This document shows, in pieces, positions 19,741 to 29,649 of a stretch of DNA of 64,000 nt; within the stretch, counting starts at the first letter, position 1, and each line of letters begins with the position of its first letter. The notes beneath the pieces were generated by a model. It did not search any database. It saw only the letters and a list, made by a program, of their open reading frames with translations, and had not been told where the DNA came from. Origin of the DNA: Planctomycetota bacterium (lineage in GTDB: Bacteria > Planctomycetota > UBA1135 > UBA2386); contig CANMWZ010000007.1 of NCBI GenBank assembly GCA_947501605.1, positions 32,001 through 96,000 of the forward strand, written 5' to 3'. A program made the position numbers and the translations under genes.

Positions 19741-20256
19741 GTGGCCGAACCCAGGACCATCGCCGAGCAGGACGTGACGCGCCTCGTGCAAGTGCACCAG
19801 GTGGCGGTCTGGCGCTATCTGCGCTACCTCGGCGCGACTGCGGAGCTTGCCGATGACCTCGTGCAGGAGTCCTTCTTGCAGTTGCTGCGGTCGCCGTACG
19901 AAGATCGCGGCGATGCTGCGTGCGCGGCATGGCTTCGCACGGTCGCGCGCAATCTGTACGTGAAGTCGTTCCGGCGCCCGCCGTTCGAGGCCGCCGAGCT
20001 CGATCAGATCGAGGCGGCCTGGGCGACCTTCGCTGAGGACGACAGCGGCGACGAGCGACTACGTCGGTTGCAAGCGTGTCTCGAACACCTCGACGGGCGA
20101 GCGCGACAGGTCGTGCGGCTGCACTACGAAGAACGGCGCTCGCGCCGCGACATCGGCATGCGTCTTGGCATCGGCGAGGACGGGGTCAAGTCGCTGTTGC
20201 GGCGAACGCGCACCGTGCTGCGCGCCTGCATCGAACGGAAGGGAGAGGGAGCATGA
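19741..20256 (+). CDS. ECF-type sigma-70 factor
   Basis: ADDLVQESFL, AWLRTVARN, region 4 RQVVRLHY...DIG..LG..GVKSLLRR. Stop overlaps next start (ATGA). Confidence 0.9.
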   Translation: MAEPRTIAEQDVTRLVQVHQVAVWRYLRYLGATAELADDLVQESFLQLLRSPYEDRGDAACAAWLRTVARNLYVKSFRRPPFEAAELDQIEAAWATFAEDDSGDERLRRLQACLEHLDGRARQVVRLHYEERRSRRDIGMRLGIGEDGVKSLLRRTRTVLRACIERKGEGA

Positions 20257-21971
20257 ACGAGTCTCACGATCGCGACGATGCGCCGCAGGCCTGGGCCGAT
20301 CGGGCCATCGACTCGGCGCTGTACGAGTTGCACGGGAGCAAGCCGCCGGACCTGTCGACCCGCGTGCTGCAAGCGCTTCGCGAGTCACCGCGCGGGCCGT
20401 TGCCCGCACTCTTGCCATCCGGGCGCCGCGAAGCGCGCGCCGGGCAACGGACACTCGCCGCGTCGGTCGCGCTGCTGTTCGTCTTGGCCACGACTTGGTG
20501 GGCGGTATCGGCATGGTCCGGCCACGAGGACCTCCGCAATGCCGATCGGCTGTCGGCGGTGCTCGAATTGGGTGTCGTGCGCGGTGACTTCGAGTGCATC
20601 GAAGTCGTCGAGGTGCTCGGGGTTCCGAGCCCTCGTTCTGAAGTGGTGCTTGCTGGATCCACGGGTTCGTTCACGGCGCGCGCCGGCAATCGCCTGCGCA
20701 GCGCAGGCTCGTCGTTGGCCCGTTTGGGGCCGTTTGGCGCAATCGAGGTCAGTCCTGGTACGGAGTTGGAGGTTCGTTCGATGGAGTTGTCGTTGAAGCA
20801 AGGTGTGGTGGTCGCGTCGGCATTGACGCTGTCTGTCGTCGTTGGCGTCGTGACGTGGCATTCGCTGACGCGCGGAGAGACGGTCCAAGCGGGCGAGTCC
20901 GTCCGCATGGAGGCTGGTCCCGAGAGCAACGCGTCGCTCGTCGCGGAGAACTCGGCCTTGCGCCAGCGGCTCGATGAGCTCGAACGGGAGCGCACCGAGA
21001 TCAGCGCGGAGGCGCAGCGAACGAAGGCCACCCCAGAGCCGGTTGCTCTGAAGGCCGACATGCCTGTCGATGCGGCTCCGACTCCGGCGCAGGGCGCGCT
21101 GTTCTCGGACGAGCGTTATCCAGGCCTCGACTCGATCGACTGGAGCACCGTCGGCACCGTGACCAGTGAGATGGGGCCAATGCTGGTGCAGTTGATGGTG
21201 GAGATGGAGAAGACGGGCGAGATGTCTACCGAGCTCGCGGTCAAGATCCAGGCGCTCAACAGCAAGCTGGTCGAGCAGGTGCCGGCGATGCTGAAGGCAG
21301 GCATGCCGGGCTTCGGTCCAAACGGCGCCTACACCCATCCGCTCGTCGTGGCCAATGTGTTGGGTGCGACACTGCAGGCGTCTGGTCAGCCACTCAATGA
21401 CTCGCAGCGCGCAGCGATCGCAGGGTTGGCGCGTGCTTTCGGTGTCGAGAACCAAGGCATCGCTGATCAGTCGCGCGAGTTCGAACTCGAACACCTGATG
21501 GCGGAGTCGGAGATGAAGGACCGCTTCTACCAGGAGGTCTCGACGCTGCTGACGCCGGAGCAGTTTGCGCAGGTCTACCCGAACGGCGCTACCGGTTACG
21601 ACGGTGTGAGTCTGTTCAGCTCCAGCTTGATGACGCGGCCGTACAGCGAACCCGTGCCCGCTAGCAACGCCGGGGACTTTGCGCGCATCGCCAGCAACAA
21701 GATTGGCGAGCAACTGGGTCTCGACGAATCGACGTCGCGGCAGGTGCGGTCGGTGGTGGAACGCATGGCCAGCGCGGCACCGGAGCTGTGGCGCGACAAG
21801 GGCACTGCAGTGGAAACCAAGCTGCGCATGCTGAAGTCGGGCCGCACGCCGGCGGCAATGCGTCAGCAGTTGGCGATCATGCGTGAGATCCAGCGTCAGG
21901 TGCCGCTGACTGCCGAGCAGAAGCGCCAGTTGTCGTCGATGAAGCACGTGCTGGTTCCGCTGCCGCGGTAG
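20253..21971 (+). CDS. Putative transmembrane anti-sigma factor (FecR-like segment, coiled coil, LTxxQ-like helical repeats)
   Basis: Translationally coupled to the ECF sigma; PPDLSTRVL then TM helix; LNDSQ, LTPEQ, LTAEQ motifs. Confidence 0.65.
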   Translation: MNESHDRDDAPQAWADRAIDSALYELHGSKPPDLSTRVLQALRESPRGPLPALLPSGRREARAGQRTLAASVALLFVLATTWWAVSAWSGHEDLRNADRLSAVLELGVVRGDFECIEVVEVLGVPSPRSEVVLAGSTGSFTARAGNRLRSAGSSLARLGPFGAIEVSPGTELEVRSMELSLKQGVVVASALTLSVVVGVVTWHSLTRGETVQAGESVRMEAGPESNASLVAENSALRQRLDELERERTEISAEAQRTKATPEPVALKADMPVDAAPTPAQGALFSDERYPGLDSIDWSTVGTVTSEMGPMLVQLMVEMEKTGEMSTELAVKIQALNSKLVEQVPAMLKAGMPGFGPNGAYTHPLVVANVLGATLQASGQPLNDSQRAAIAGLARAFGVENQGIADQSREFELEHLMAESEMKDRFYQEVSTLLTPEQFAQVYPNGATGYDGVSLFSSSLMTRPYSEPVPASNAGDFARIASNKIGEQLGLDESTSRQVRSVVERMASAAPELWRDKGTAVETKLRMLKSGRTPAAMRQQLAIMREIQRQVPLTAEQKRQLSSMKHVLVPLPR

Positions 21972-22048
21972 CGCCGCCGCCGCTCTGCGCGAGAGGGAGA
22001 GGATTGCGCCCCTTCTGCCTCTCGCCCGCGCAGCTATGCTGCGCCGTC

Positions 22049-24805
22049 GTGCGCACGCTTCCCCTCGCCGTGTTTGCGGCCGTCCTCGCCGCCTTCGCCG
22101 CTGCCGCGGTTCGAGCCCAGGACAGAACAGCGACCGCCGCCACCGACTGGTGGGCGTACCGTCCGCTCGTGCGACCAGTGGTGCCCAACGTTGGTGTGCA
22201 CCCCTTCGTCCGCACGGATCTCGATCGCTTCGTGCTGCACGACCTGCGCGCGCAAGGCCTCGAGCCGTCACCGCCCGCGTCACGCGCCGCGCTGATCCGC
22301 CGTCTGACCTTTGATCTGACCGGACTGCCGCCCACGCCCGAGGACGTCGCCGCGTTCGTGCAGGACCAGCGCGACGCGGCCTATGCCGAGCTCGTCGATC
22401 GACTGCTGGCCTCGCCGCAGTACGGCGTGAAGTGGGGACGGCACTGGCTCGATCTCGTGCGCTATGCCGAGACCAACAGCTTTGAACGCGACAGCGTGAA
22501 GCCGGCGGTGTGGCGCTACCGCGACTGGGTCGTCGACGCCTTCAACTCCGATCTCCCCTACGGTGAGTTCCTGACGCAGCAACTCGCTGGCGACGAGATC
22601 GAAGGCGGCCCGGTGTCGGCGTTGGTCGCGACGGGTTTCTATCGCCTCGGCTTGTGGGACGACGAACCGACCGAGCCACTGCAAGCCGTCTACGACGACT
22701 TCGACAGCATTGCGGACACGGCGGCGCGATCGATGCTGGCGATGTCCATGGGCTGCGCCCGCTGCCACGACCACAAGAAGGACCCGATCAAGGCCAAGGA
22801 CTACTACGCCTTCCTGTCGTTCTTCGAGGGCTTGGCGCCGTACCGCCCCACGAGCGGCGGCACCGGTCTGTCGGTCGAGCACTTCGCGCGCCGGGTGCCG
22901 CCAGACGGCGCGCTCGCGGCGTTCGAGCAGCAACGCGCGGCGTTCCTCAGCAAGCGCAGCGACGACACCGCGCGCATCATGAGCTTGGCGGCCGAGGACT
23001 ATGGGCGTCTCGACGCCGTGGCGCGGGTGCAGCGGCTCCGGCGCGAGCGCGGCTCGCTGGTCGCTCGCTACGCGCTGGATCGCAGTGACTCGAGCAAATG
23101 GCTCGATGAGGTGGCGGGGCAACACGGCTTGGTCGAGGGTCAAGTCGTGCCGGTCGAGGGCCACCGCGGTTTGGGTGGGCGATTCGATGGCGACGATTGC
23201 GTCGTCCTGCCGTTGCTGGTGCACGATTCGTTCACGATCACTCTGCGGCTCAAGACAACGCACCATGGGCCTGGGCGCGAAGACGACCAGCGTTGGTTCA
23301 CGGGAACTGGCCTCGTCGATGGCGAGGTTTCGGGGATCGTGCGCGACTTCGGCCTTGCCTGGCATGACGACGGCAGGGTGGTGGCTGGTACCGGGGATCC
23401 CGAGACGTTCGTCTCCGGACCGTCCGGCTATGCCGATGGACAGTGGCACCACGTCGCGTTCACGCGCGATCGCGGCACGGGGCGCATCGGTCTCTACTGC
23501 GATGGCGTCTTGGTCGACGAGGCCATCGGCAGCACACAGAAGCTCGACGCGCCGCCGCGGCTGGTGGTCGGCAGGATGCAGCCTGGCGGTGCGGGGTTTC
23601 GCGGCGATCTCGATGATGTCTGCTTCCATTCGCGGGCGCTCAGTGCGGCTGAAGTGTTTGCCGACGCGATGACGCTGCCCGGCGGCATCGTCGCGGCCGA
23701 GAGTGCGTCGCTGGCGGCAGCCATGAGCGTTGCCGCTGGTGGGCGGCCCCCCGAGCTCGCGACCATCGAAGTGCTGTGCGCGCGCGAACGCGGGGCCACG
23801 CCCGAGCCGAGTTTCGTGCGCGTTCGCGGCGATGCGCGGACCAAGGGCGAAGCCGTCGAGCCCGCGTTCCCCTGGGTGCTCGGAGCCGCGCCGCCGGCGA
23901 TCGTGCCGCCGAAGGACGGTCGCTCGTCGGGTCGGCGCACGGCGCTCGCTCGTTGGATCACCGCCGCCGACAACCAGCTGACCTGGCGCGTGATCGCCAA
24001 CCGGCTGTTCCAATACCACATGGGTCGCGGAATCGTGCGCTCCGCCAACGATTTTGGCCGCCTCGGAGACCTGCCGACGCATCCGCTGCTGCTCGACTGG
24101 CTCGCCTGCGAAGTCTTGGAACGGGGCCAGAGCCTGAAGGCGATGCACCGGTTGCTGGTGTCGTCGGGGACTTACATGCAGGCGTGCGCGCCCGATGACG
24201 CAAAGTTCCGCACGGATCCGCTGAACGATCGGCTGTGGCGATTCGATCGGCGGCGGCTCACAGCCGAAGAAGTGCGCGACTCGATGCTCGCGGTCGCCGG
24301 TGTCATCAACGTGGAGCTCGGTGGCGAGAGCGTTTTCCCGCCACTGCCGCCGGCGGTGCTGGCGACGGCATCGCGCCCCGACGAAGCCTGGGGAACGGCC
24401 ACCAAAGAGCAGGCCGCCCGCCGCAGTCTCTACGTGCACGTGAAGCGCTCGTTGCTCGAGCCGTTGCTGTCGGGGTTCGACATGGCGGATACCGACTCGT
24501 CGTGCCCGGTGCGCTACGCGACGGTGCAGCCAACGCAGGCGTTGATGCTGTTGAACGGCGATTTCGCCCACCAGACGGCGCGACAGTTTGCCGAGCGGTT
24601 GCAGCGCGAGTCCTCGGACGTGCGCGCTCGCGTCGAGCGAGGCCTCTGGCTCGCTTTGCAGCGCCCGCCAGTCGAGTCCGATGTGGAACGGTTGTGCGCG
24701 CTAGCAGCCGACCTGCAGCGGGACTTCGGCAAGACAGAAGCAGAAGCACTGCAGCGTGTGTGTCTCCTGTTGCTCAACTGCAACGAGTTCCTCTACCTGG
24801 ACTGA
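22049..24805 (+). CDS. DUF1549/DUF1553 (PSCyt2/PSD1) protein with internal LamG-like domain
   Basis: WWAYRP, RRLTFDLTGLPPT, HWLDLVRYAE, CARCHDHK, DGQWHHVAF, PTHPLLLDWLA, NEFLYLD. Confidence 0.92.
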   Translation: MRTLPLAVFAAVLAAFAAAAVRAQDRTATAATDWWAYRPLVRPVVPNVGVHPFVRTDLDRFVLHDLRAQGLEPSPPASRAALIRRLTFDLTGLPPTPEDVAAFVQDQRDAAYAELVDRLLASPQYGVKWGRHWLDLVRYAETNSFERDSVKPAVWRYRDWVVDAFNSDLPYGEFLTQQLAGDEIEGGPVSALVATGFYRLGLWDDEPTEPLQAVYDDFDSIADTAARSMLAMSMGCARCHDHKKDPIKAKDYYAFLSFFEGLAPYRPTSGGTGLSVEHFARRVPPDGALAAFEQQRAAFLSKRSDDTARIMSLAAEDYGRLDAVARVQRLRRERGSLVARYALDRSDSSKWLDEVAGQHGLVEGQVVPVEGHRGLGGRFDGDDCVVLPLLVHDSFTITLRLKTTHHGPGREDDQRWFTGTGLVDGEVSGIVRDFGLAWHDDGRVVAGTGDPETFVSGPSGYADGQWHHVAFTRDRGTGRIGLYCDGVLVDEAIGSTQKLDAPPRLVVGRMQPGGAGFRGDLDDVCFHSRALSAAEVFADAMTLPGGIVAAESASLAAAMSVAAGGRPPELATIEVLCARERGATPEPSFVRVRGDARTKGEAVEPAFPWVLGAAPPAIVPPKDGRSSGRRTALARWITAADNQLTWRVIANRLFQYHMGRGIVRSANDFGRLGDLPTHPLLLDWLACEVLERGQSLKAMHRLLVSSGTYMQACAPDDAKFRTDPLNDRLWRFDRRRLTAEEVRDSMLAVAGVINVELGGESVFPPLPPAVLATASRPDEAWGTATKEQAARRSLYVHVKRSLLEPLLSGFDMADTDSSCPVRYATVQPTQALMLLNGDFAHQTARQFAERLQRESSDVRARVERGLWLALQRPPVESDVERLCALAADLQRDFGKTEAEALQRVCLLLLNCNEFLYLD

Positions 24806-24810
24806 CGCCG

Positions 24811-26277
24811 ATGACCTTCCCCGACCCTCGCAACACGTTTTGCGGCCGTACTCGCCGCGAGTTCCTGTGGCAGCTCGGCGCCGGCTTCGGCTCGCTGCCG
24901 CTGCTCGACCTGCTGGCTGCGGATGCCCGGCGCGATGGCCGCGGTTCGTCGCTGGTGCTGCCGCACGGGGACCCGATGGCGCCAAAGCAGCCGCATTTTG
25001 CACCGCGCGCCAAGGCTGTGATCTTCCTGTTCATGTACGGCGGCCCGAGCCAGGTGGACACGTTCGACTACAAACCAAAGCTCTACCCGCTCGATGGCAA
25101 GACCATCGACATCGACACCAAGGGCCGCGGCGGCAGCAAGCGCCAAGGGCGCGTCGTCGGGCCGAAGTGGAACTTCAAGCCCTACGGCCAGTGCGGCAAA
25201 CACGTGTCGGACCTGTTCCCGCACCTTGCGCACTGCGTCGACGACCTCGCGTTCGTGCACAGCATGTATGCCGAGTCGCCGCTGCACGGCTCGGCGATGT
25301 TGATGATGAACAGCGGTCGCATCCTGACCGGCGCGCCGTGTCTGGGCAGTTGGGCGACCTACGGCCTCGGCACGCAGAACCAGAACCTGCCTGGCTTCGT
25401 TGTCATGCTCGACAAGACTGGTGGCCCGATCAGCGGTGCCAAGAACTGGAGCAGCGGCTTCATGCCGGCGGTCTACCAGGGGACCGTCCTCCGCCCGCAC
25501 GGCGAGCCGATCCTCGACCTCGACGTGCAAGAAGGCATGTCCACTGCCGAGCAGCGACGCATCCTCGACGCGCTGCGGGAGCAGAACGAGTCGCACGCAG
25601 CCGTGCGGCACGACGACACCGAGCTGGCGGCGCGCATCCACAGCTACGAACTCGCCTATCGCATGCAATCGAACGCCCCCGAGGCGATCGACCTCGCGAG
25701 CGAGAGCGCCGCGACGCGAACGATGTACGGGCTCGATGATCCGCGAACGCAGGACTTCGCGCAGAAGTGCATCCTGGCCAGGCGGCTGGTGGAGCGCGGC
25801 GTGCGCTTCATCCAGATCTACTCCGGCGGCAATCACAACGATCACAACTGGGATGCACATGGCGATCTGGTCCTGAACCACACCCTGCATGCGGGCGCCA
25901 CGGACAAGCCCATCGCCGGCCTACTCGCGGATCTGAAGCAGCGCGGTCTGCTCGACTCGACGATCGTGGTCTGGGGCGGAGAGTTCGGGCGACAGCCGAC
26001 GGCAGAGTATGAGCACGGCACTGGCCGCGACCACGACTCGGCCGGGTTCACCATGTGGCTCGCCGGTGGCGGCATCCGCGCCGGTGTGTCTGTCGGGGCG
26101 ACGGATGAACTCGGCTACCGCGCGGTGGAACGGCCGTTCCACGTGCGCAACCTGCACGCGACGATCCTGCGGCAGTTGGGCTTCGATGCCAATGCGCTCT
26201 CGTATTCGCACGCCGGGTTGCAGCAGAAGCTGGTGGGTGTTGCCGGGGCTGATCCGATCCACGAACTGTGCAGCTGA
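24811..26277 (+). CDS. DUF1501 family protein (Tat-like signal)
   Basis: TRREFL, AKAVIFLFMYGGPSQVDTFD, ARRLVERGVRF, WDAH, GEFGR, GRDH. Confidence 0.93.
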   Translation: MTFPDPRNTFCGRTRREFLWQLGAGFGSLPLLDLLAADARRDGRGSSLVLPHGDPMAPKQPHFAPRAKAVIFLFMYGGPSQVDTFDYKPKLYPLDGKTIDIDTKGRGGSKRQGRVVGPKWNFKPYGQCGKHVSDLFPHLAHCVDDLAFVHSMYAESPLHGSAMLMMNSGRILTGAPCLGSWATYGLGTQNQNLPGFVVMLDKTGGPISGAKNWSSGFMPAVYQGTVLRPHGEPILDLDVQEGMSTAEQRRILDALREQNESHAAVRHDDTELAARIHSYELAYRMQSNAPEAIDLASESAATRTMYGLDDPRTQDFAQKCILARRLVERGVRFIQIYSGGNHNDHNWDAHGDLVLNHTLHAGATDKPIAGLLADLKQRGLLDSTIVVWGGEFGRQPTAEYEHGTGRDHDSAGFTMWLAGGGIRAGVSVGATDELGYRAVERPFHVRNLHATILRQLGFDANALSYSHAGLQQKLVGVAGADPIHELCS

Positions 26278-26296
26278 GCGCGGCAGCGCCACGCGT

Positions 26297-26563
26297 TCAG
26301 TTGATGCCCGGCGGCTTCGACTCGAGTTCGCCGAGTCGTCGTTCTTGCGAGAACATGTCGAGCGCGACCATCGCCGCGATCCATCGGGCCGCGTCGTCGG
26401 GGCTGCCGCGGACCAGTTCGCGAGCGACCTGGACGAAGGCCCGGAAGGAGATCCCGGTGCCGTCCGAATGCGCCAGCAATTGCGCACCAAAGGATGCCGC
26501 CGGTTCGGCGCACAGTTGTCGCAGTGCGATTTCTGGATCGCACCAACCCTGGTTCTTGATCAC
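26297..26563 (-). CDS. 88-aa hypothetical protein
   Basis: GTG start preceded by GAGGA, plausible codon use; lies downstream of the selenoprotein on the same strand. Confidence 0.45.
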   Translation of the reverse strand: MIKNQGWCDPEIALRQLCAEPAASFGAQLLAHSDGTGISFRAFVQVARELVRGSPDDAARWIAAMVALDMFSQERRLGELESKPPGIN

Positions 26564-26676
26564 GCTTTCGTTCCTCGCTCACGCAGTGTCGGGGGTCTCG
26601 TGCCGCTGTCGCAAGAGCGCGGTAGTCGGCGCAAGAGAGGACGCTCGGAGGGGGGCGGTCGGGCGCCGCGGATCCG

Positions 26677-26916
26677 TCAGCGCCCTTCTCGGGTTCGCGC
26701 AAGGTCCGCCACGAAAGCAGTGTCGTCGGGGAAGTCGTGCTCGCGGTTCTTCTTGTCCCAGAGCAGGGCGCCGTCGACCGACACGCGAAAGTCGCCGCGC
26801 CCTCCTGGCATGACCTCGACCATACTGCCAGGGAAACGGGTGCGGATGGCAGCGGCCAGACCGGCCGCGCGGGGTTCGTAGTTTCAAACCGTGCAGTAGT
26901 CGATGCGGACATTCAT
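26677..26916 (-). CDS. Rdx (SelT/SelW/SelH) family selenoprotein, 79 aa, Sec at codon 11
   Basis: Reading through TGA (26886-26884) gives MNVRIDYCTVUNYEPRAAGLAAAIRTRFPGSMVEVMPGGRGDFRVSVDGALLWDKKNREHDFPDD..., with CxxU, GxFxVxVDG and FP hallmarks. Confidence 0.9.
26849..26870 (-). promoter_or_regulatory. Bacterial SECIS-like hairpin
   Basis: GCGCGGCC-GGUCU-GGCCGCUGC beginning 14 nt 3' of the UGA; the apical loop starts with G. Confidence 0.75.
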
Positions 26917-27365
26917 GCAATGGAGGCTACGGGCTAGCGGGGCTTTGTCGAGATCGCCAAGGGCCACGCGGCTCGGTCTTGCACTGGCGAGCGCTTGGTA
27001 CGGAGTGCTCGAACGGGGGTGCAGGCCGTGCACCATGCCGGGGCACAGGGCGGCGTAGGCTGCCGGGGTGCCGGTCCGCGAGTTCTGGCGCAGCTGGGGG
27101 CGAACGCACCGGTCCAACGGCCGCTCGGTGAAGGCTCGTACGGGAGCGTTGGTGCTGCGCACCGCGACGGCGCTTGTTGGCTGCAGCCGCCGCGGCGCAC
27201 CAACACGATTCCTCTACAGCGGCTTCGCGTTTGCCCATCCCCGTTGCCGTGCCTCGGGCGTCGACTTCGGGCGCCGACTTCGGATGCTGCCAATGCGCGG
27301 ATCGCAAGGTCCGTTGTTCGCGCCGTGGTGGCACGGCTCGTCCCGAGTAGGCTCATGCGCCGATC

Positions 27366-28502
27366 GTGAGCGCCGTCGAACCTACAGCTCCACCGAGGCC
27401 GCCGGCGCTCGACGAAACCGTCAGTCGCAAACTGCGAGCGCTGTCGTTGCTCGGCATCGTCATGGTGGTGGTTGGTCACGCGCCGTCCTACCGCGACCCC
27501 GCGGCGCCCAGTGATCGCACGCTGTGGTTCGGGTTCTTCGAGCGGTTGTTCACCGACGCATTGCCGCGCGTCGTCGTGATGATGTTCTTCGCCATTGCGG
27601 GCTTCCTGTTCTGCTTTGGCCACAACGGCACCTGGGTCGTGCATCGGCGGAAATTCGCCGCGCGGACCCGATCGTTGCTGGGGCCGTACCTGTTGTGGTC
27701 GCTGCTCGGCCTCTTGCTCTACCTCGCGCTGCAGTCGTTGCCGGTGACCGCCGCGTGGTTTGAGAACTCGTCGCGCAAGCTGACGGACAAGACGATCGGT
27801 GAGTTGGCGATGCGCCTGTTGTTCGAGCCCATCCCGTACCAATTGTGGTTTCTCCGCGATCTGTGGTTGATGGTGCTGCTGTCGCCGCTGTTGCTCGCGC
27901 TCCTGACTCGCTTCGGCGTCGTCGTGATCGTGGTGTTGGCGGTGCCGCACCTGCTGGATCTCGGCGTGTCGAGTCCGTTGTCAACGCGCCTGTTGACCGG
28001 CGATGCCTACTTCTGGTTCGCATTCGGCGCCTGGTTTGCCGTTCGGCGACTGCCACTGGTGTACGACGTGAAGTGGGCGCCGGTGTGGCTTGCAGTTCTG
28101 CTGGCAGTGGCGTCGGGGCGAGCGTGGCTGCTCGCGAACGCAACTTGGCGCGTCGATACGCCGTTTGCCGAGACCCCGGACCTGTGGTGGTTCAAGGGTG
28201 TCCACCTCGTCGGCGTGCCCGCGTTGTGGGTGATCTACGACCGCTGGTTGCGCTGGATGGAGCGACCGTTCTGGTTGCGCATCAGTGGCTACGCGTTCTT
28301 CGTGTTCGCGGCCCACGAGCCACTGATGAGCATGTTGCGCAAGCCGCTGATGCGTTGGCTCGGCACTGGCGACGCGATGCACGCGTTGCAGTTCGGCCTC
28401 ACGCTGTTCGGCACTCTGGCGATCGTGCTCGGCTGCGGCGTTCTGTTGCGCCGCTTCGCGCCGTCGGTGTTTCTGTTCGTCTGCGGCGGCCGCGGCGCGT
28501 AG
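27366..28502 (+). CDS. Acyltransferase-3 (OafA/YrhL-type) membrane O-acyltransferase
   Basis: LRAL..VMVVVGH, FFAIAGF, RSLLGPY, QLWFLRDL, about 10 TM segments; convergent with the EPS cluster. Confidence 0.88.
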   Translation: MSAVEPTAPPRPPALDETVSRKLRALSLLGIVMVVVGHAPSYRDPAAPSDRTLWFGFFERLFTDALPRVVVMMFFAIAGFLFCFGHNGTWVVHRRKFAARTRSLLGPYLLWSLLGLLLYLALQSLPVTAAWFENSSRKLTDKTIGELAMRLLFEPIPYQLWFLRDLWLMVLLSPLLLALLTRFGVVVIVVLAVPHLLDLGVSSPLSTRLLTGDAYFWFAFGAWFAVRRLPLVYDVKWAPVWLAVLLAVASGRAWLLANATWRVDTPFAETPDLWWFKGVHLVGVPALWVIYDRWLRWMERPFWLRISGYAFFVFAAHEPLMSMLRKPLMRWLGTGDAMHALQFGLTLFGTLAIVLGCGVLLRRFAPSVFLFVCGGRGA

Positions 28503-28518
28503 CTGGTGGCGGTGGCGA

Positions 28519-29472
28519 TCAGCGGAAGTTGATCACGTGAGCGTTGGTGATCGTGCAGAGGCCGTTGCGGGCGTTGGTCGAGATCGTGCCGCCCTGGAGC
28601 CACACGGACTGGCCGGCCCACACCGATTGCACCGTGAAGCTCAACGTCGGGCTCGGGCCGTTGCTCGGCAGGATCGAAATCGGCAGCGCCACGATCGCTG
28701 AGGCTCCAAACCATGTGTCCGCCAGCGGGCCGATCGGCGTCTGGCCCGTCGGCAGCACGTCGGCGACGATCAGGCAGAAGGTGTTGCCCTCGGTGTCGAA
28801 GGGCGAACGCAGCGCGGCGCGGACGACGTTGCCGGCCACCGCGTTCTTGATGTCGACCTGGTCGAGCGTCGTGTTGGCGCCGATCGCGGTGCCGAGTTCG
28901 CAGTCTTCGAGCGAGCCGGGGTGGGCCGACGGGCTGATCACGGTTACTTCGATGCCGAGGTTGGCATCGAGGTCGGTGTTATCGCTGTAGAAGCTGTCGG
29001 GCACGCAGACGAACAGGTGCACGGTGCCGGCTGGTACCCTGACGTTGATCTCGTTGGCATAGCCCGTCCGGCTGATCCAAAAGTCCTGCGCGATGTCGCG
29101 CGGGAGATTGCCCACCGACGTCCCGGTCGTCGGCACATAGGCTGGGCCGGCGGCGATGGGTTGTGGCAAGCGGTTCTGGTTGTCGGGTGTCAACAACACG
29201 CCGGTTGCTGCGAAGCAGCCGACCATGTCGCGCAGCACTTCACCGGAGATGCCGTTGTTCCACTCGCCGACGCAGCGCAGCTTGAGCCAGTTGCCGGGGA
29301 CGACACCGAAGGCGCCGATCGGCAGGGACCATGCGTTGGTGGCGCCGCTGTCGGCATTGGTGCGATGGAACGTGTTGGTGGGTACGAGTGGAAAGATCTG
29401 TTGCGCCGTGGCGGTGGCAGCCACGAGCAGCATCGCCAGCGCGACGCTGCTGGAAGGGAGTTGGGAGCGCAT
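28519..29472 (-). CDS. Secreted beta-rich hypothetical protein with a variant conserved C-terminal domain
   Basis: Signal peptide (ATA-QQ); lectin-like VPDSFYSDN segment; ends AGQSVWLQG...NG..TITNAHVINFR. Confidence 0.8.
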   Translation of the reverse strand: MRSQLPSSSVALAMLLVAATATAQQIFPLVPTNTFHRTNADSGATNAWSLPIGAFGVVPGNWLKLRCVGEWNNGISGEVLRDMVGCFAATGVLLTPDNQNRLPQPIAAGPAYVPTTGTSVGNLPRDIAQDFWISRTGYANEINVRVPAGTVHLFVCVPDSFYSDNTDLDANLGIEVTVISPSAHPGSLEDCELGTAIGANTTLDQVDIKNAVAGNVVRAALRSPFDTEGNTFCLIVADVLPTGQTPIGPLADTWFGASAIVALPISILPSNGPSPTLSFTVQSVWAGQSVWLQGGTISTNARNGLCTITNAHVINFR

Positions 29473-29649
29473 GTGTGCAGGTCCTGGGGTGGAGGTCAGA
29501 TGGTAACGGATACGAAAAGCGTGTGCTGACGGCTGCAGCAGCACCTGGGTCTTGGGTGAGCGCGGCGTCGGCGACTCTGGCTGTGGGGCGTAGTGGTTCG
29601 ATCGCGGCGAGTTGTCACGGGGCGCAAAGAAGGAAAGGTCGATGCCATC

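Noticed and set aside
26884..27162. ORF-track 92-aa ORF ending at CTV-stop, which could be read as a pseudogene
   Set aside because: Better explained as the first 10 codons of the selenoprotein plus spurious upstream extension.
26917..27365. 450-bp gap upstream of the selenoprotein, examined for tRNA-Sec or another ncRNA
   Set aside because: No cloverleaf or UCA anticodon arm was recognisable, and the overlapping ORFs look non-coding.
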